From IMG/VR virus record IMGVR_UViG_3300048574_000415, positions 1 through 53,163 of that record: DNA of 53,163 nt. One strand, given 5' to 3'. This document shows, piece after piece, positions 36,384 to 46,742 of the stretch. The first letter of the stretch is position 1. The number at the start of each line of letters is the position of its first letter. The notes under the pieces are model-generated. The model was not told the DNA's origin. It was given only the letters and a program-made list of their open reading frames with translations, and searched no databases. Position numbers and translations under genes: made by a program. This DNA is from a virus. Lineage: Duplodnaviria > Caudoviricetes.

Positions 36384-37649
36384 TTGGCAATTAAAGAATT
36401 TTTTGATTCAATATTTCCATCAAGAAAAGTTGGACGTTATTTGCGCATACTTGATGGGAGAACGCCAGTATTTTCGCAATTTGGAACAAATATATATTTT
36501 TCAGATATTGTTCAAAATTGTATTGATAGAACAGCAACTGAATGCTCAAAGCTACAGCTTCAGCATATCAGAATAGACAATAAAACCAGGCAACAAGAGA
36601 TAGTAAATGGTTCATTCAACAGGTTATTTAAATTTGCGCCTAACCCGCTTATGACAACAGCTGATTTTATTGAAAAGATAGTGTGGTTGCTTTATCTTAA
36701 TTACAATGTTTTTATTTATCCTGTTTATGATGTTAAATACGATAGAGACGGACAGCAATATAAAGAATATAAAGCTTTTTATCCATTGAATCCAAAACAG
36801 GTTACATTTATGCAAGATGAACAAAACAAAATATTTTTAGAATTCATCTTTGCAAGCGGAGATAAATATACACTTTCTTATACTGATGTTATTCATATTC
36901 GAAAGAAATATTCAATGTCGGATATAATGGGCGGTGGATTAAACGGCCAGCCTGATAATACGCCATTGCTTAAAAGGCTTGAAACAAATGACATAGTTAT
37001 TCAAGGCATTGCGAAAGCAATCAAAACAAGCCTTAGCATAAAGCTTGTTGCAAATATAAAAACAATGTTTGACACACCAGAAATGAGAGCCGAAAGAAAA
37101 CGATTTGAAGACGAACTTGAACGTGGTAATACAGCAATACTGGCGGCAGATTTAAAAAGTGATATTACACCAATAAATATTGATCCAAAATTAATAGATG
37201 ATGCGACATTAAAGTCAATTGAAGGTGGAATTTTAAGATGGTTTGGAATGTCTTTCCCAATATTATCTGGTGATTATAGTGAAGACCAATATCAAGCTTG
37301 GTTTGAGCAAAGCATAGAACCATTTATGAATAAGCTTGGACAGGCCTTTTCTATGACTATTTTAACACAACGACAACAAGATTATGGTAATGAAATAAGA
37401 GCTTATCATAATAGGCTTGAATATTTAACTATAAAATCAAAAAATGAAATAGTTAAAATAGCAGGTGAACAAGGCCTTTTGACCAGAGATCAGAAGCTCG
37501 CCATATATGGGTTTCCACCTATTGGCGGTGATGATGGCGCAGTTATTGATAAAAGCTTAAATTTTATAAACATAAAAATTGCAGATCAATACCAATTGCA
37601 AAGCCTAAAAAAACAAAAGGAGGTTACAACAAATAATGACAAAAATTAA
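36384..37649 (+). CDS. Portal protein (HK97-like)
   Basis: Position after TerL; PNPLMT, VIHIR motifs. Confidence 0.92.
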   Translation: MAIKEFFDSIFPSRKVGRYLRILDGRTPVFSQFGTNIYFSDIVQNCIDRTATECSKLQLQHIRIDNKTRQQEIVNGSFNRLFKFAPNPLMTTADFIEKIVWLLYLNYNVFIYPVYDVKYDRDGQQYKEYKAFYPLNPKQVTFMQDEQNKIFLEFIFASGDKYTLSYTDVIHIRKKYSMSDIMGGGLNGQPDNTPLLKRLETNDIVIQGIAKAIKTSLSIKLVANIKTMFDTPEMRAERKRFEDELERGNTAILAADLKSDITPINIDPKLIDDATLKSIEGGILRWFGMSFPILSGDYSEDQYQAWFEQSIEPFMNKLGQAFSMTILTQRQQDYGNEIRAYHNRLEYLTIKSKNEIVKIAGEQGLLTRDQKLAIYGFPPIGGDDGAVIDKSLNFINIKIADQYQLQSLKKQKEVTTNNDKN

Positions 37650-38289
37650 GCTACCAGATAATGAAGAAGTCGTAAGACGTTCATATGGCCTCATCGATAT
37701 GAGAGCTATGGAAGATGGAAAAACTATAGAAGGGCATGCTGCTGTATATGATCAGAAAACCAATATAGGCGATCACTTCTATGAAATAATTGAAAGAGGC
37801 GCATTTGATGGAACTGATTTCGATGATGTGCCTTTTTTGGCAAACCATAACGATAGTCATTTATGTATGGCTCGCAGCCGTAGAAATAACGGGAACTCAA
37901 CAATGCAGCTTAAAATAGACGAAAAAGGCCTATATACAAAAGCTTCACTGGATATTGAAGGACATTATGAATCAAAAGCTCTTTACAGTGCTGTAAGCCG
38001 CGGCGATATAACAGGTATGAGTTTTCTTTTTCGTATTGCAGATGCCAAATGGACAGACCTTGATACAGATATGCCGACAAGGCATATTACAAAAATCAGG
38101 AAGGTTTACGACGTAAGCGCGGTAAATTGGCCAGCTTATGCCGGAACAGATATATCGGCTCGTGATGCTGAAACGTTGGATAACGCTAAGCACGTATTGG
38201 ATAATGCGCGGTCACAGTTGGAAAACTTAAAAGCCGTAGAAGAAAGACAATTACTAAAATTAAAAATTAAAATCAAAACGGAGGTTTAA
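37636..38289 (+). CDS. HK97-family prohead protease
   Basis: IEGHAAVYD, E.I..GAF, NH, GMSF, DVSAVNWPAY..T. Confidence 0.93.
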   Translation: MTKIKLPDNEEVVRRSYGLIDMRAMEDGKTIEGHAAVYDQKTNIGDHFYEIIERGAFDGTDFDDVPFLANHNDSHLCMARSRRNNGNSTMQLKIDEKGLYTKASLDIEGHYESKALYSAVSRGDITGMSFLFRIADAKWTDLDTDMPTRHITKIRKVYDVSAVNWPAYAGTDISARDAETLDNAKHVLDNARSQLENLKAVEERQLLKLKIKIKTEV

Positions 38290-38294
38290 ATTTA

Positions 38295-39524
38295 ATGAAA
38301 GACAAACTTTTAAAATTAATCCAAGCAAAAGAAGCCAGAAAAGCTGAACTTGCAAAAAACTCTAATGATGAAAAAATAACTGTAGCTGAGCTTAGGTCTA
38401 TAAACGCTGAACTCGAAACGCTCAATGCAGATATTGCTGAAATGCGTGGTATGGTATCTGCAATTGATGCAGAAAAATCAAATGAACAGCATGAAGAAGA
38501 TGATGAAGAGCTGGAAAAACGCTCTGTTAATCCCACGGGTAAAATCAATGTACTTGGAACATATGGCGTAAGCCATACTGAACAACGCGACCAAGATACA
38601 AAAGAACCCAAAGAAAAAGCCGAAAAGCGTGGTATGGATCTTAAAGAAGGAAGATCCGTGACGATTGCATCTATTGGTGTTATATTGCCAAACTATCAAG
38701 CTTCGGATATTAAAGCGACGTTTAACCAGGTTTCCAGCTTGGTTGATCGTGTTAATATCAAAACCCTTACTGGCGGTGAAAGCTTTAAGCAAGCATACTC
38801 AACCGGCTATGGTGAAGGTGGATATACCACAGAAGGTGGAAACCCAACAGATGCAGAAGCAACGTTTGGTTATGCAGATATCGCTAAAACAAAAATAACC
38901 GCATATGCCGAGGACTCCGAAGAGCTGGTAAAACTTCCGGGCGCTGACTACGATGGAGAAGTGCAAAAAGGAATACGAATTGCACTTCGCAAAAAGCTTA
39001 CAAAGGAGATTTTAATCGGTGATGGTGCTACCGGGCATTTCGTTGGAATATTTGACGATGGTGCCGGTGCAATTTCTGATACGACTGACAAATCAATAAT
39101 AGAAATCGACGAAACCACGCTTGACGAAATCATGATGAGCTTTGGCGGCGATGAAGATGTTGAGGATGTCGCAGTATTAGTACTGAACAAGCTTGATCTC
39201 AAAGCATTTAAAATGTTGCGTGATGCTGACGGTAAAAAGATATATGAAGTAAAAACGAACGGCAACACGGGAACAATTGACGGCGTTCCTTATGTTATAA
39301 ATAGCGCTTGCAAGGCGGTATCTTCGCCTTCTACAACCACAGGGCAGTACGCTATGGCATATGGACCGCTTTCAAACTATACGATGGCGATATTCTCTGA
39401 CACTGATATCCAGAGATCCACAGACTACAAATTTAAAGAAGGTATGATCTGCCATCGCGGAGTTATTTTTGCAGGTGGAAATGTCACGGCAAAGAACGGC
39501 TTTCTCCGCATAAAGAAAGGATAA
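38295..39524 (+). CDS. Major capsid protein (HK97 fold)
   Basis: Coiled-coil delta domain, ILIGDG, LRDADG, TIDGVPY. Confidence 0.93.
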   Translation: MKDKLLKLIQAKEARKAELAKNSNDEKITVAELRSINAELETLNADIAEMRGMVSAIDAEKSNEQHEEDDEELEKRSVNPTGKINVLGTYGVSHTEQRDQDTKEPKEKAEKRGMDLKEGRSVTIASIGVILPNYQASDIKATFNQVSSLVDRVNIKTLTGGESFKQAYSTGYGEGGYTTEGGNPTDAEATFGYADIAKTKITAYAEDSEELVKLPGADYDGEVQKGIRIALRKKLTKEILIGDGATGHFVGIFDDGAGAISDTTDKSIIEIDETTLDEIMMSFGGDEDVEDVAVLVLNKLDLKAFKMLRDADGKKIYEVKTNGNTGTIDGVPYVINSACKAVSSPSTTTGQYAMAYGPLSNYTMAIFSDTDIQRSTDYKFKEGMICHRGVIFAGGNVTAKNGFLRIKKG

Positions 39525-39533
39525 GGTGTAGTT

Positions 39534-40472
39534 ATGGCAAGAGTAGGATATAACGCGGCTCTTGGCCGCATAAAAACCGATGTGCCGGGCGTGGTCTTAG
39601 ATCGCGCCTTTCGTGCGCATTTTCAATTATCTGCAGCATTGGCCGTAGCGCTGTCAAATACAGCGGTACATGCGGCAATGAACCTTGGAGTTGAAGAGCA
39701 GGAAATTGAAAGCGGAATAACAAATCCGGGGCATCCAAGGGCATTGAGTGCCAAAGGCAGCGCATCAGGTATTACAGGCAACGTTGTGATCGAAGGCACT
39801 AACTATCTTGATGAAGACATCACAGAAACAATCGCATTATCCGGCGCGTCGGCAGTGGACGGCTTAAAAGCCTTTAAAACGATAACAAAAATCACCTTAC
39901 CGGCAGAAACCCACGCGCACGCGCAGCAGGTGGAGACAGCGACGGTAGTAGGCACGGTAACCGGAACGGGCAATGCATCCGTTGTTGTTACCTGTACGGG
40001 GATGACAGGATCGCCCAAAACCATATCCGTGGCAGTGCTGGAAAATGATACAGCGGCCCAAGTTGCCGGAAAGATCAGAACCGCATTGGCGGCAGATGCT
40101 GCCGTTGCTGCGTTGTTTAATGTATCTGGCGAAAGCGCAGCTGTTGTTTTGACAAGGAAAGTACCCGCTGCCAACATAGCCAATCTGAATATGAGCATCG
40201 ACAACGGCACATGCACAGGCTTGACAACGGCGGGAACATCGGCAGATACGACAGCAGGCGTAGCCTATGATACTGTATCAATCGGCTTTTGTGATAAACT
40301 GGGCCTGCCGTATAAGCTTGCACACAACACCATTGACAAAGCGTTTTTAAATAACGTTTTGGAAGGCACTGCGCCCACTGTAACCACAAGCGCAACGGCA
40401 ATTGAAAGCAATACAATAAAGCTTGCATCGGCGCTGAATGGAACCGTTGTAGACGCATATTTGGATGTATAG
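39534..40472 (+). CDS. Putative capsid decoration / head fibre protein
   Basis: A/T/G-rich beta protein directly after the major capsid gene. Confidence 0.55.
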   Translation: MARVGYNAALGRIKTDVPGVVLDRAFRAHFQLSAALAVALSNTAVHAAMNLGVEEQEIESGITNPGHPRALSAKGSASGITGNVVIEGTNYLDEDITETIALSGASAVDGLKAFKTITKITLPAETHAHAQQVETATVVGTVTGTGNASVVVTCTGMTGSPKTISVAVLENDTAAQVAGKIRTALAADAAVAALFNVSGESAAVVLTRKVPAANIANLNMSIDNGTCTGLTTAGTSADTTAGVAYDTVSIGFCDKLGLPYKLAHNTIDKAFLNNVLEGTAPTVTTSATAIESNTIKLASALNGTVVDAYLDV

Positions 40473-40483
40473 GCGGTGAAACC

Positions 40484-40777
40484 ATGGCGCTTCTCGATAG
40501 CGTAAAAGCCGGTATGGGCTTCGCTCCCACGGTAACTGTCCACGATACGCTGCTAGCTTCAAAAATTGGAGCTGTTAAAGGCTTTATGATTGGCGCGGGC
40601 GTATCGGAAACAGATTTTCTGACCACAGGAAGCGAAGATGAAACCGCAGTAGAGGCTATCGTGCTGGGAGTTACTGATATGTGGAATTTAAGCGGAGGGG
40701 AAGCAAAATTCTCCCCACTTTTTTACATGCTTGTTGGGCAGCTCGCAAGCCGCAGCCTTGAAGTTCCGGAGGAATAA
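40484..40777 (+). CDS. Head-tail connector (gp6-like)
   Basis: Size, position, LLDSVK..MG. Confidence 0.75.
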   Translation: MALLDSVKAGMGFAPTVTVHDTLLASKIGAVKGFMIGAGVSETDFLTTGSEDETAVEAIVLGVTDMWNLSGGEAKFSPLFYMLVGQLASRSLEVPEE

Positions 40778-40779
40778 CA

Positions 40780-41169
40780 ATGTTTAGACCAAAATTTTTA
40801 CCAACGCAGCCTATCCGCATACAGGAACGAACATCAACGGACGCAGACGGAAAAAAAGACTGGTCCTTTGCTGACATCGAAACAACCGGCGCGGGGGATG
40901 ATGAAGCGCCGGTTGTATACGCCTGCGAGTGGAAAAACGCTCACGGCGCTGACCTACTGGAAGCCGGAGTAAAAAAGACAGAACGTCAGGCAACGCTTAC
41001 AATGTGGTATATCCCTGGTATCACGCTGCAGCAGTACATTGTAAAAGGGGATAACACGCTGACAGAAGATGAGGTCAAAGCTAACAGGTACGAGATCACA
41101 AGTATTGACAACATCGAGGAAAGAAATCAAATTCTCGTGCTCAATGTCAAACGGGCGGTGAATAAGTAA
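40780..41169 (+). CDS. Head closure / head-tail adaptor
   Basis: YEITSIDNIEERNQ motif; position. Confidence 0.8.
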   Translation: MFRPKFLPTQPIRIQERTSTDADGKKDWSFADIETTGAGDDEAPVVYACEWKNAHGADLLEAGVKKTERQATLTMWYIPGITLQQYIVKGDNTLTEDEVKANRYEITSIDNIEERNQILVLNVKRAVNK

Positions 41170-41597
41170 TGTCTTTCCAAACACCTTCAAACATCGGAAA
41201 TCTAAAAACAAAAACGCTTGAAGTAAGCGGCCTTGAGGGTTGGTATAAAAAAATGCGCGATATTGATGCAAATATCGAGGCAGAAGTTAAGGCTGAACTC
41301 AAAGACGTTACAACGGAAACCGCCTATCTCATGGCAGAAATGGCATCAAAGCATATAAGAACAGGCGTTATGCAAAGAAGCATCAAGGCATCAGAAATAA
41401 AGCAATCAGGCTATGTGCTGGAGGTTGAAGTTGGCATTGATACGACAAGCGACTATGAGGCGTGGCACGCAGTATTCATTGAGTACGGAGGGCACCATAA
41501 CGCTGCAGATCCTTTTATCCGTCCAGCAATCGATACAATGCGCCCGGCATTTAAGCAAGGCATGATACAACGCGCAAAAAAGCTTTTGAAAGGGTGA
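41169..41597 (+). CDS. HK97 gp10-like tail component
   Basis: RTG.M..SI...FIEYG...ADPFIRPA. Confidence 0.85.
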   Translation: MSFQTPSNIGNLKTKTLEVSGLEGWYKKMRDIDANIEAEVKAELKDVTTETAYLMAEMASKHIRTGVMQRSIKASEIKQSGYVLEVEVGIDTTSDYEAWHAVFIEYGGHHNAADPFIRPAIDTMRPAFKQGMIQRAKKLLKG

Positions 41598-41601
41598 TGT
41601 A

Positions 41602-41946
41602 ATGAGCACGATTTATGAAGATGCTAAGGCGGCTCTGGAAACGCTTGGGTTTGACGTATACAGCGCAAATGATTTGAGCGAAGATGAAGTATTGCCAGAA
41701 TCATATATTGTTTATCAGATTATATCATCGCCTACGGTTACCAGCGCAGACAACAAACCAATTGGTAAAACGCCACGTGTACAGGTTGCCGGATGGTCAA
41801 TGTCAGGCAGCGCCGCGAACGCCTTTGAAACGTCGATCGATGCCGCAATGATCGCGGCAGGCTTTTCTAGGATTGGCGGCGCAGAGCGCAAAGACGGCAA
41901 TTATTACGGCTGGCAGGGAGACTATACAAAATATAAAACCATTTAA
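41602..41946 (+). CDS. Putative tail terminator
   Basis: Position; YIVY...ADN...QV...AM.AAGF. Confidence 0.7.
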   Translation: MSTIYEDAKAALETLGFDVYSANDLSEDEVLPESYIVYQIISSPTVTSADNKPIGKTPRVQVAGWSMSGSAANAFETSIDAAMIAAGFSRIGGAERKDGNYYGWQGDYTKYKTI

Positions 41947-41960
41947 GGAGGTTTAATAAA

Positions 41961-42881
41961 TTGAACGAGCAAAAAGGGATTGTTATCGGCATAAAAAACG
42001 TTTATATTGCCGATGTTACAGCCGATACAAGCGGTGCGTATACCACTGGCACGCCGGAGTTTCTTGCAAATGTTGGGCAGGTAACAATAACGCCCGCGTT
42101 TACAAGGATTCCGCTTGACTATGACAACCGTGTTATATCAGAAATAATAAAAGAAGGGCTTACCACTCTTAGTTTTGTTTTCCGTGGTATGCCGCCTGCA
42201 AAAGAGGCAGATCTTCTCGGAAAATATTACGACGCAGCATCAGGAAGGCTGATGGACAGCGGTAAAACCAGCGCAGCGCCATACAAAGCCATCGGCTTTA
42301 CAATCGAATGTGAAGACGGTGACATTTATGTATGGTACAACAAAGGCAAATTCACAAAAGGCGCGCTGGCTGCGCAATCATCCGGACAAGCAATTGTGCC
42401 GGGAACAATATCGTATGATTACAATGCCATGCAGACCATTCACGAATTCACTGTTAACAGCGAAAGCGTGCCGCAAAAAGTACAGATGGGAACCACGGCA
42501 GATGCGAATTTCCTCGCGTACGATCCGGCTACAAACTGGTTTACGCAGGTACAAACGCCTGATACCACGTCGGCACCGGGCGCTCTTTCGCTTTCGGCCA
42601 GCACGCCTACAGGCGGAGCATCCGGCATAAGCAAAACAGCGGACTTCGCGCTGACATTCAGCAACGAGATAAACCCGAACCTTGCAACGTTTATCCTGGT
42701 AAGGAACGATACCGGGGCAAAGGTCACAATCACAGGAACATCCTGGAACGCCGCGGCAAAGATCGCAACGCTTACGCATGGGAGCCTTACCGGCTCCACG
42801 CTACATAGCATCATATACTCTGTCACAGACGTATACGGGCAGGAACTCGAAGGCGTTGTCGCATTCACAACGGCAGCTTAA
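41961..42881 (+). CDS. Major tail protein with C-terminal Ig-like domain
   Basis: GIKNVYIA, APYKAIGF, VWYNKGKF; C-terminal STP..GA...LTFS...TDVYGQ.L...FTT. Confidence 0.88.
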   Translation: MNEQKGIVIGIKNVYIADVTADTSGAYTTGTPEFLANVGQVTITPAFTRIPLDYDNRVISEIIKEGLTTLSFVFRGMPPAKEADLLGKYYDAASGRLMDSGKTSAAPYKAIGFTIECEDGDIYVWYNKGKFTKGALAAQSSGQAIVPGTISYDYNAMQTIHEFTVNSESVPQKVQMGTTADANFLAYDPATNWFTQVQTPDTTSAPGALSLSASTPTGGASGISKTADFALTFSNEINPNLATFILVRNDTGAKVTITGTSWNAAAKIATLTHGSLTGSTLHSIIYSVTDVYGQELEGVVAFTTAA

Positions 42882-42888
42882 TAAAATT

Positions 42889-42908
42889 GGGGCGGGAAAC
42901 CGCCCCTT
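42889..42908 (+). terminator. GNRA hairpin / weak terminator
   Basis: GGGGCGG-GAAA-CCGCCCC. Confidence 0.6.
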
Positions 42909-42926
42909 AAATCTTTTGGAGGAAAC

Positions 42927-43322
42927 ATGTTTACAGTAAAACTTAGAAATTATGAAGATAATTCCGTAAAGGCAGAACACAGCCTTTATTTTTTACCTTT
43001 TCATAAATATAAAATCCTTATTGATGAAATGGCAAAAATAAACGAAGTCGTTGAGGATAAAGAAACTACATCACTATCCGAAAACGGAGAGCCTGAGAAA
43101 AGGTATAAATACAAATTCGATATCGACAAAAGAATTGATATTACAGCGCAGGCCATTTGCATGCTGTTTAACGAGAGGTTCACCAAAGGTGAACTTATTG
43201 CCAGCGTTGATTACAGGGATATTATCGATATGCCCCTCAAGATACTGGAAGAAACAGGGCAGATCGCAACGGGTGATCAAAAAAACGGGGAAACGGAGAG
43301 CAAAAGCCTCTCCGAGAATTAA
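42927..43322 (+). CDS. Tail assembly chaperone (G)
   Basis: Between major tail and tape measure genes; slippery A AAA AAC at 43280-43286. Confidence 0.8.
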   Translation: MFTVKLRNYEDNSVKAEHSLYFLPFHKYKILIDEMAKINEVVEDKETTSLSENGEPEKRYKYKFDIDKRIDITAQAICMLFNERFTKGELIASVDYRDIIDMPLKILEETGQIATGDQKNGETESKSLSEN

Positions 43323-43534
43323 TCAAAGATATAAAACAAAACATCATAGAATTGCAAAAAACATTGATCATGAAATATGGCTGGACGCTGTACGAAATCG
43401 ATAATACGGACGTCAACAGCCTTTTTGAATTTCTTAATAGCCTGGAAGAAAATAAAAAAATTATCATAGACGGCGTTGAAATGCCGGTTAAAAATAAAAT
43501 GTCATCTTCGCAGGTGATGGGGCTTATAAAGTAG
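43283..43534 (+). CDS. Tail assembly chaperone GT extension (-1 frameshift product)
   Basis: -1 frame is open from the slippery site through ...KYGWTLYEIDNTD... to the stop at 43534. Confidence 0.75.
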   Translation, partial: KRGNGEQKPLRELIKDIKQNIIELQKTLIMKYGWTLYEIDNTDVNSLFEFLNSLEENKKIIIDGVEMPVKNKMSSSQVMGLIK

Positions 43535-43542
43535 GTGAAAAC

Positions 43543-45867
43543 ATGGCAAACGACCTTGACGTATCCAGTAAATTTACAATAGATTATTCAAGCTTAAAAA
43601 CCGCGTCAGCCGATATTTATAACCAGATGCAGGGTGTAGAAAAATCATTCTGGAATGCTGCCAACGCCTCCGACAACTTTCAAAACACATCGCAGGGCTT
43701 GGCAAAGCGCGTTGAATCCCTATCGGATAAAATAGCATTGCAAAAAACAAAGGTTAATTTGCTGCGTAATGAATACGAAAAGGTTGCAGAAAAAGAGGGC
43801 GCAAACTCCAAGGGCGCACTGACGCTTGAAAAAAGCTATATTAGTGCTTCTAAAAAAGCGGCAGACATGAATAAAGAGCTTAATGCATATCAAAAAACGC
43901 TTGGTAAAGTAGCCATTGAAGAGGGAAAAACCGCCAAAGAAGCTGAAGCCATGGGCGGCAAAATAAGCGCCGCAGGCAAAAAAACAAGCAGCGCGGGCTC
44001 TCAACTCAAAGATTTCGCAATGTCCTCTGTGGGGCAATTAACGACCGTAGCGGGTGGTGCTGCTCTGGTAGAAAAGGCTATTGAAAAAATGGCAAAGCTT
44101 ATATCCGATTCCGCAAAATGGGCAGATGATCTCACCACGCTTTCCCGCAAGGTAAACATCAATACCCAGGAATTGCAGAAAATGACCTACGCCGCAAACT
44201 TTGTTGATGTTGACGTCAACACCATGGCCAGCAGCATGGCAAAGCTCACCAAAAACATGGGTAGCGCCCGCGATGGGAATAAAGACCTGCAAAGCGCCTT
44301 TAAAGACCAGCTTGGCATTGATATAGAAGTAAATGGCCATCTGCGCGATAAAAACGATATCTTTTCAGAAGCTATTGATAAACTAGGCAAAATGACAAAC
44401 GCAACCGAACGCGACGTGCTTGCCCAAAAGATATTCGGAAAATCAGCGGCTGAACTCAATCCGCTTATAGCGCTCGGGGGTGACGCCTTAAAGAAGTATG
44501 GCAAAGAAGCGCAGGACATGGGCGTTGTTGTTGATCGCGGTAGCGTGGCTGTTCTCTCAAGGCTACAGGATGAATTTGACAAAACGCAGGCTGTGGCAGA
44601 TGCAACAGGCAAGCATATTGCCGCATCTATGGCTCCAGCGGCAAAAGCATTAGATAATATGTGGAGGTCTTTTTTACAAACCGCCGATCCTGTTAATCAA
44701 TTAAATTCAGATATGAAAAATTATTATATAACTCAAGGCATGACTGTTGATGAAGCACAAAAAATGGTAGATGTCGCTAAATTAGGGCAAGAAGCATATT
44801 ACGCTATGGGGCTATCAACTGAAGAATTTAATGCTAAAGCTAAAGAATTAGCTGAATATCTTGAAGAAAACGGAACGCCAAGTAATCAAAAATATACAGA
44901 AGCTTTAGGATATCTAGCTGACGGGTACGATCTTGCTGCCCTAAAATCACAAAAAGTTGCAGAATCGCAGACCGCTATTGACGATGCCTTTGCAAATACG
45001 CAGAGCCTCATACAGGAATACGCAGATAAGCTAGAAAGTACGACCGATAGAATATCTGACAGCGCAGGCGGGCTGTTTGATGGCTTCCCCAAAAAAGTAA
45101 AAACATCCGTTAAAGAAATGACAAAAGCACTTAAATCTCAATCAGAAGGACTTGAGGAATGGAGCGATGATTTAAACACGCTGGCAAAACGCGGCGTTGA
45201 TGATGGCCTTATTGCGCAGCTTCGGGAAATGGGGCCAAAAGCAGCGGGGCAGGTGCATAATTTAAGCACAGCGACAGACGGTGCGCTGGATGAATATGTT
45301 TCTGCATGGAGAAAAAAGAACGCCGCAGCAACCAAAGCCGCAGAAGATGAACTCAAGCCGATGAAAGACAAAGTAGATGCCGCTCTTGTTGCAATGGAGC
45401 AATCGCTCAAAAATAATAGAAGCGATCTCTCAAAACAGGCGGCGCTTATTGGCGGTGACATCGAGTCAAAGCTTACAAATAGAATTGACGAACTCAAAAA
45501 CAAGCTTAAAAACCTTGGAAGTATTAATGTTAAGGTTTCATATAGCCAGTCAGGATATCCACCGCATGGAACGGGAGGATATTTTGATACAGCTCATACT
45601 GCTGTTGTTGGAGATAAGCCTGAATGGATTGTGCCTACAGAAAAGACGGCGCGGAATATTTCACTGCTGGAAGGTGCAGCAGCATCCCTCGGTTATGCCG
45701 TCACAAACCTCAATAAGCAGGGCGGAACGGTTAACAATTATTCGGGGCCAAGCAGCGTTGTTATTCCTGTATCGTTTGGCGGTAAGCTCATTGACACAGT
45801 AACAGTAAACCTTTCAAAGTCGCTTGCAGATCAAGCGCGATTAACTGCCTTGGCGCAGGGGGTATAA
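43543..45867 (+). CDS. Tail tape measure protein
   Basis: Long helical Ala/Lys-rich protein; IFGKSAAELNPLI; C-terminal GG...VGD.PEWIVP. Confidence 0.92.
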   Translation: MANDLDVSSKFTIDYSSLKTASADIYNQMQGVEKSFWNAANASDNFQNTSQGLAKRVESLSDKIALQKTKVNLLRNEYEKVAEKEGANSKGALTLEKSYISASKKAADMNKELNAYQKTLGKVAIEEGKTAKEAEAMGGKISAAGKKTSSAGSQLKDFAMSSVGQLTTVAGGAALVEKAIEKMAKLISDSAKWADDLTTLSRKVNINTQELQKMTYAANFVDVDVNTMASSMAKLTKNMGSARDGNKDLQSAFKDQLGIDIEVNGHLRDKNDIFSEAIDKLGKMTNATERDVLAQKIFGKSAAELNPLIALGGDALKKYGKEAQDMGVVVDRGSVAVLSRLQDEFDKTQAVADATGKHIAASMAPAAKALDNMWRSFLQTADPVNQLNSDMKNYYITQGMTVDEAQKMVDVAKLGQEAYYAMGLSTEEFNAKAKELAEYLEENGTPSNQKYTEALGYLADGYDLAALKSQKVAESQTAIDDAFANTQSLIQEYADKLESTTDRISDSAGGLFDGFPKKVKTSVKEMTKALKSQSEGLEEWSDDLNTLAKRGVDDGLIAQLREMGPKAAGQVHNLSTATDGALDEYVSAWRKKNAAATKAAEDELKPMKDKVDAALVAMEQSLKNNRSDLSKQAALIGGDIESKLTNRIDELKNKLKNLGSINVKVSYSQSGYPPHGTGGYFDTAHTAVVGDKPEWIVPTEKTARNISLLEGAAASLGYAVTNLNKQGGTVNNYSGPSSVVIPVSFGGKLIDTVTVNLSKSLADQARLTALAQGV

Positions 45868-45868
45868 T

Positions 45869-46735
45869 ATGAATGAATTAGAATTATGTACTTTTACATT
45901 TGGAGGCGTAGCATCGTCCGTATACAATATTTATGCACACATGGACGATGTACGCCGCATTCTTCCGCCGCAAAAATTATACGCGACAGAAATTCCGGGG
46001 CTTGACGGAATAATAGACTTTGGAATTGGCGGCTATACAAATAAAAGCCTGCCGCTTCATGTGTATTATAATGGAGAAGCATCGGACATAACTGTAAATC
46101 AAAACAATATTGCAAAATGGCTTTATAGCAACGAGGGCGAATATAAAGAGCTGCGTTTTACTGCGTTTCCAAATAAATATTATATAGCCAAGGTTATATC
46201 CGGCGTTGACTTTGGATTTAACAGCGGAAACGACCTCGGTACGATTGAATTTTACTTAAACCCGCCTTTCCCGTTTAAAGATGATGCAAGCGGAATGGTT
46301 TATTGCGATGACGCGGTAACGCTATGCGACAGCGCGGAAAGCATAGTGCCGGCAGGGTTAGAGGATTTTTGGAAAAAAGCCTCAGAAGCCGGAACATCTT
46401 ATATAGACATAACGCTCGATTCTGTAAAAGAAGCTTACCTTCATATATATCTGAGCGGCTTATTTTATCAATACACTACAATTACGGCCTCAATAGACGG
46501 CTCTACATACGATTTATTTGATATGTTTACAGATCCATACGGATATGACGGCATTTATATCAACGGAGAAACGGGAAAAGCATATTGGGCATCGAGTGGC
46601 GATGAAGTTTATTGCAGTTATAACAGAGGCATAAAATTCAAAGAAGGTTCGACAATAAGAATAAACCTAAGAAGCCATGGGTTATCAAACCTATATTGGG
46701 GAATTATGCAGAAAGAAGTCGCTTACGCGCTGTGA
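45869..46735 (+). CDS. Distal tail (Dit)-like protein
   Basis: FTFGGVAS, EIPGLDG, L.F...PNKYY.A, PF. Confidence 0.8.
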   Translation: MNELELCTFTFGGVASSVYNIYAHMDDVRRILPPQKLYATEIPGLDGIIDFGIGGYTNKSLPLHVYYNGEASDITVNQNNIAKWLYSNEGEYKELRFTAFPNKYYIAKVISGVDFGFNSGNDLGTIEFYLNPPFPFKDDASGMVYCDDAVTLCDSAESIVPAGLEDFWKKASEAGTSYIDITLDSVKEAYLHIYLSGLFYQYTTITASIDGSTYDLFDMFTDPYGYDGIYINGETGKAYWASSGDEVYCSYNRGIKFKEGSTIRINLRSHGLSNLYWGIMQKEVAYAL

Positions 46736-46742
46736 GGTGGTT

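Noticed and set aside
43051-43404. 117-aa ORF as the frameshift partner
   Set aside because: It is in the +1 frame; the -1 frame leads to the 43352-43534 ORF.
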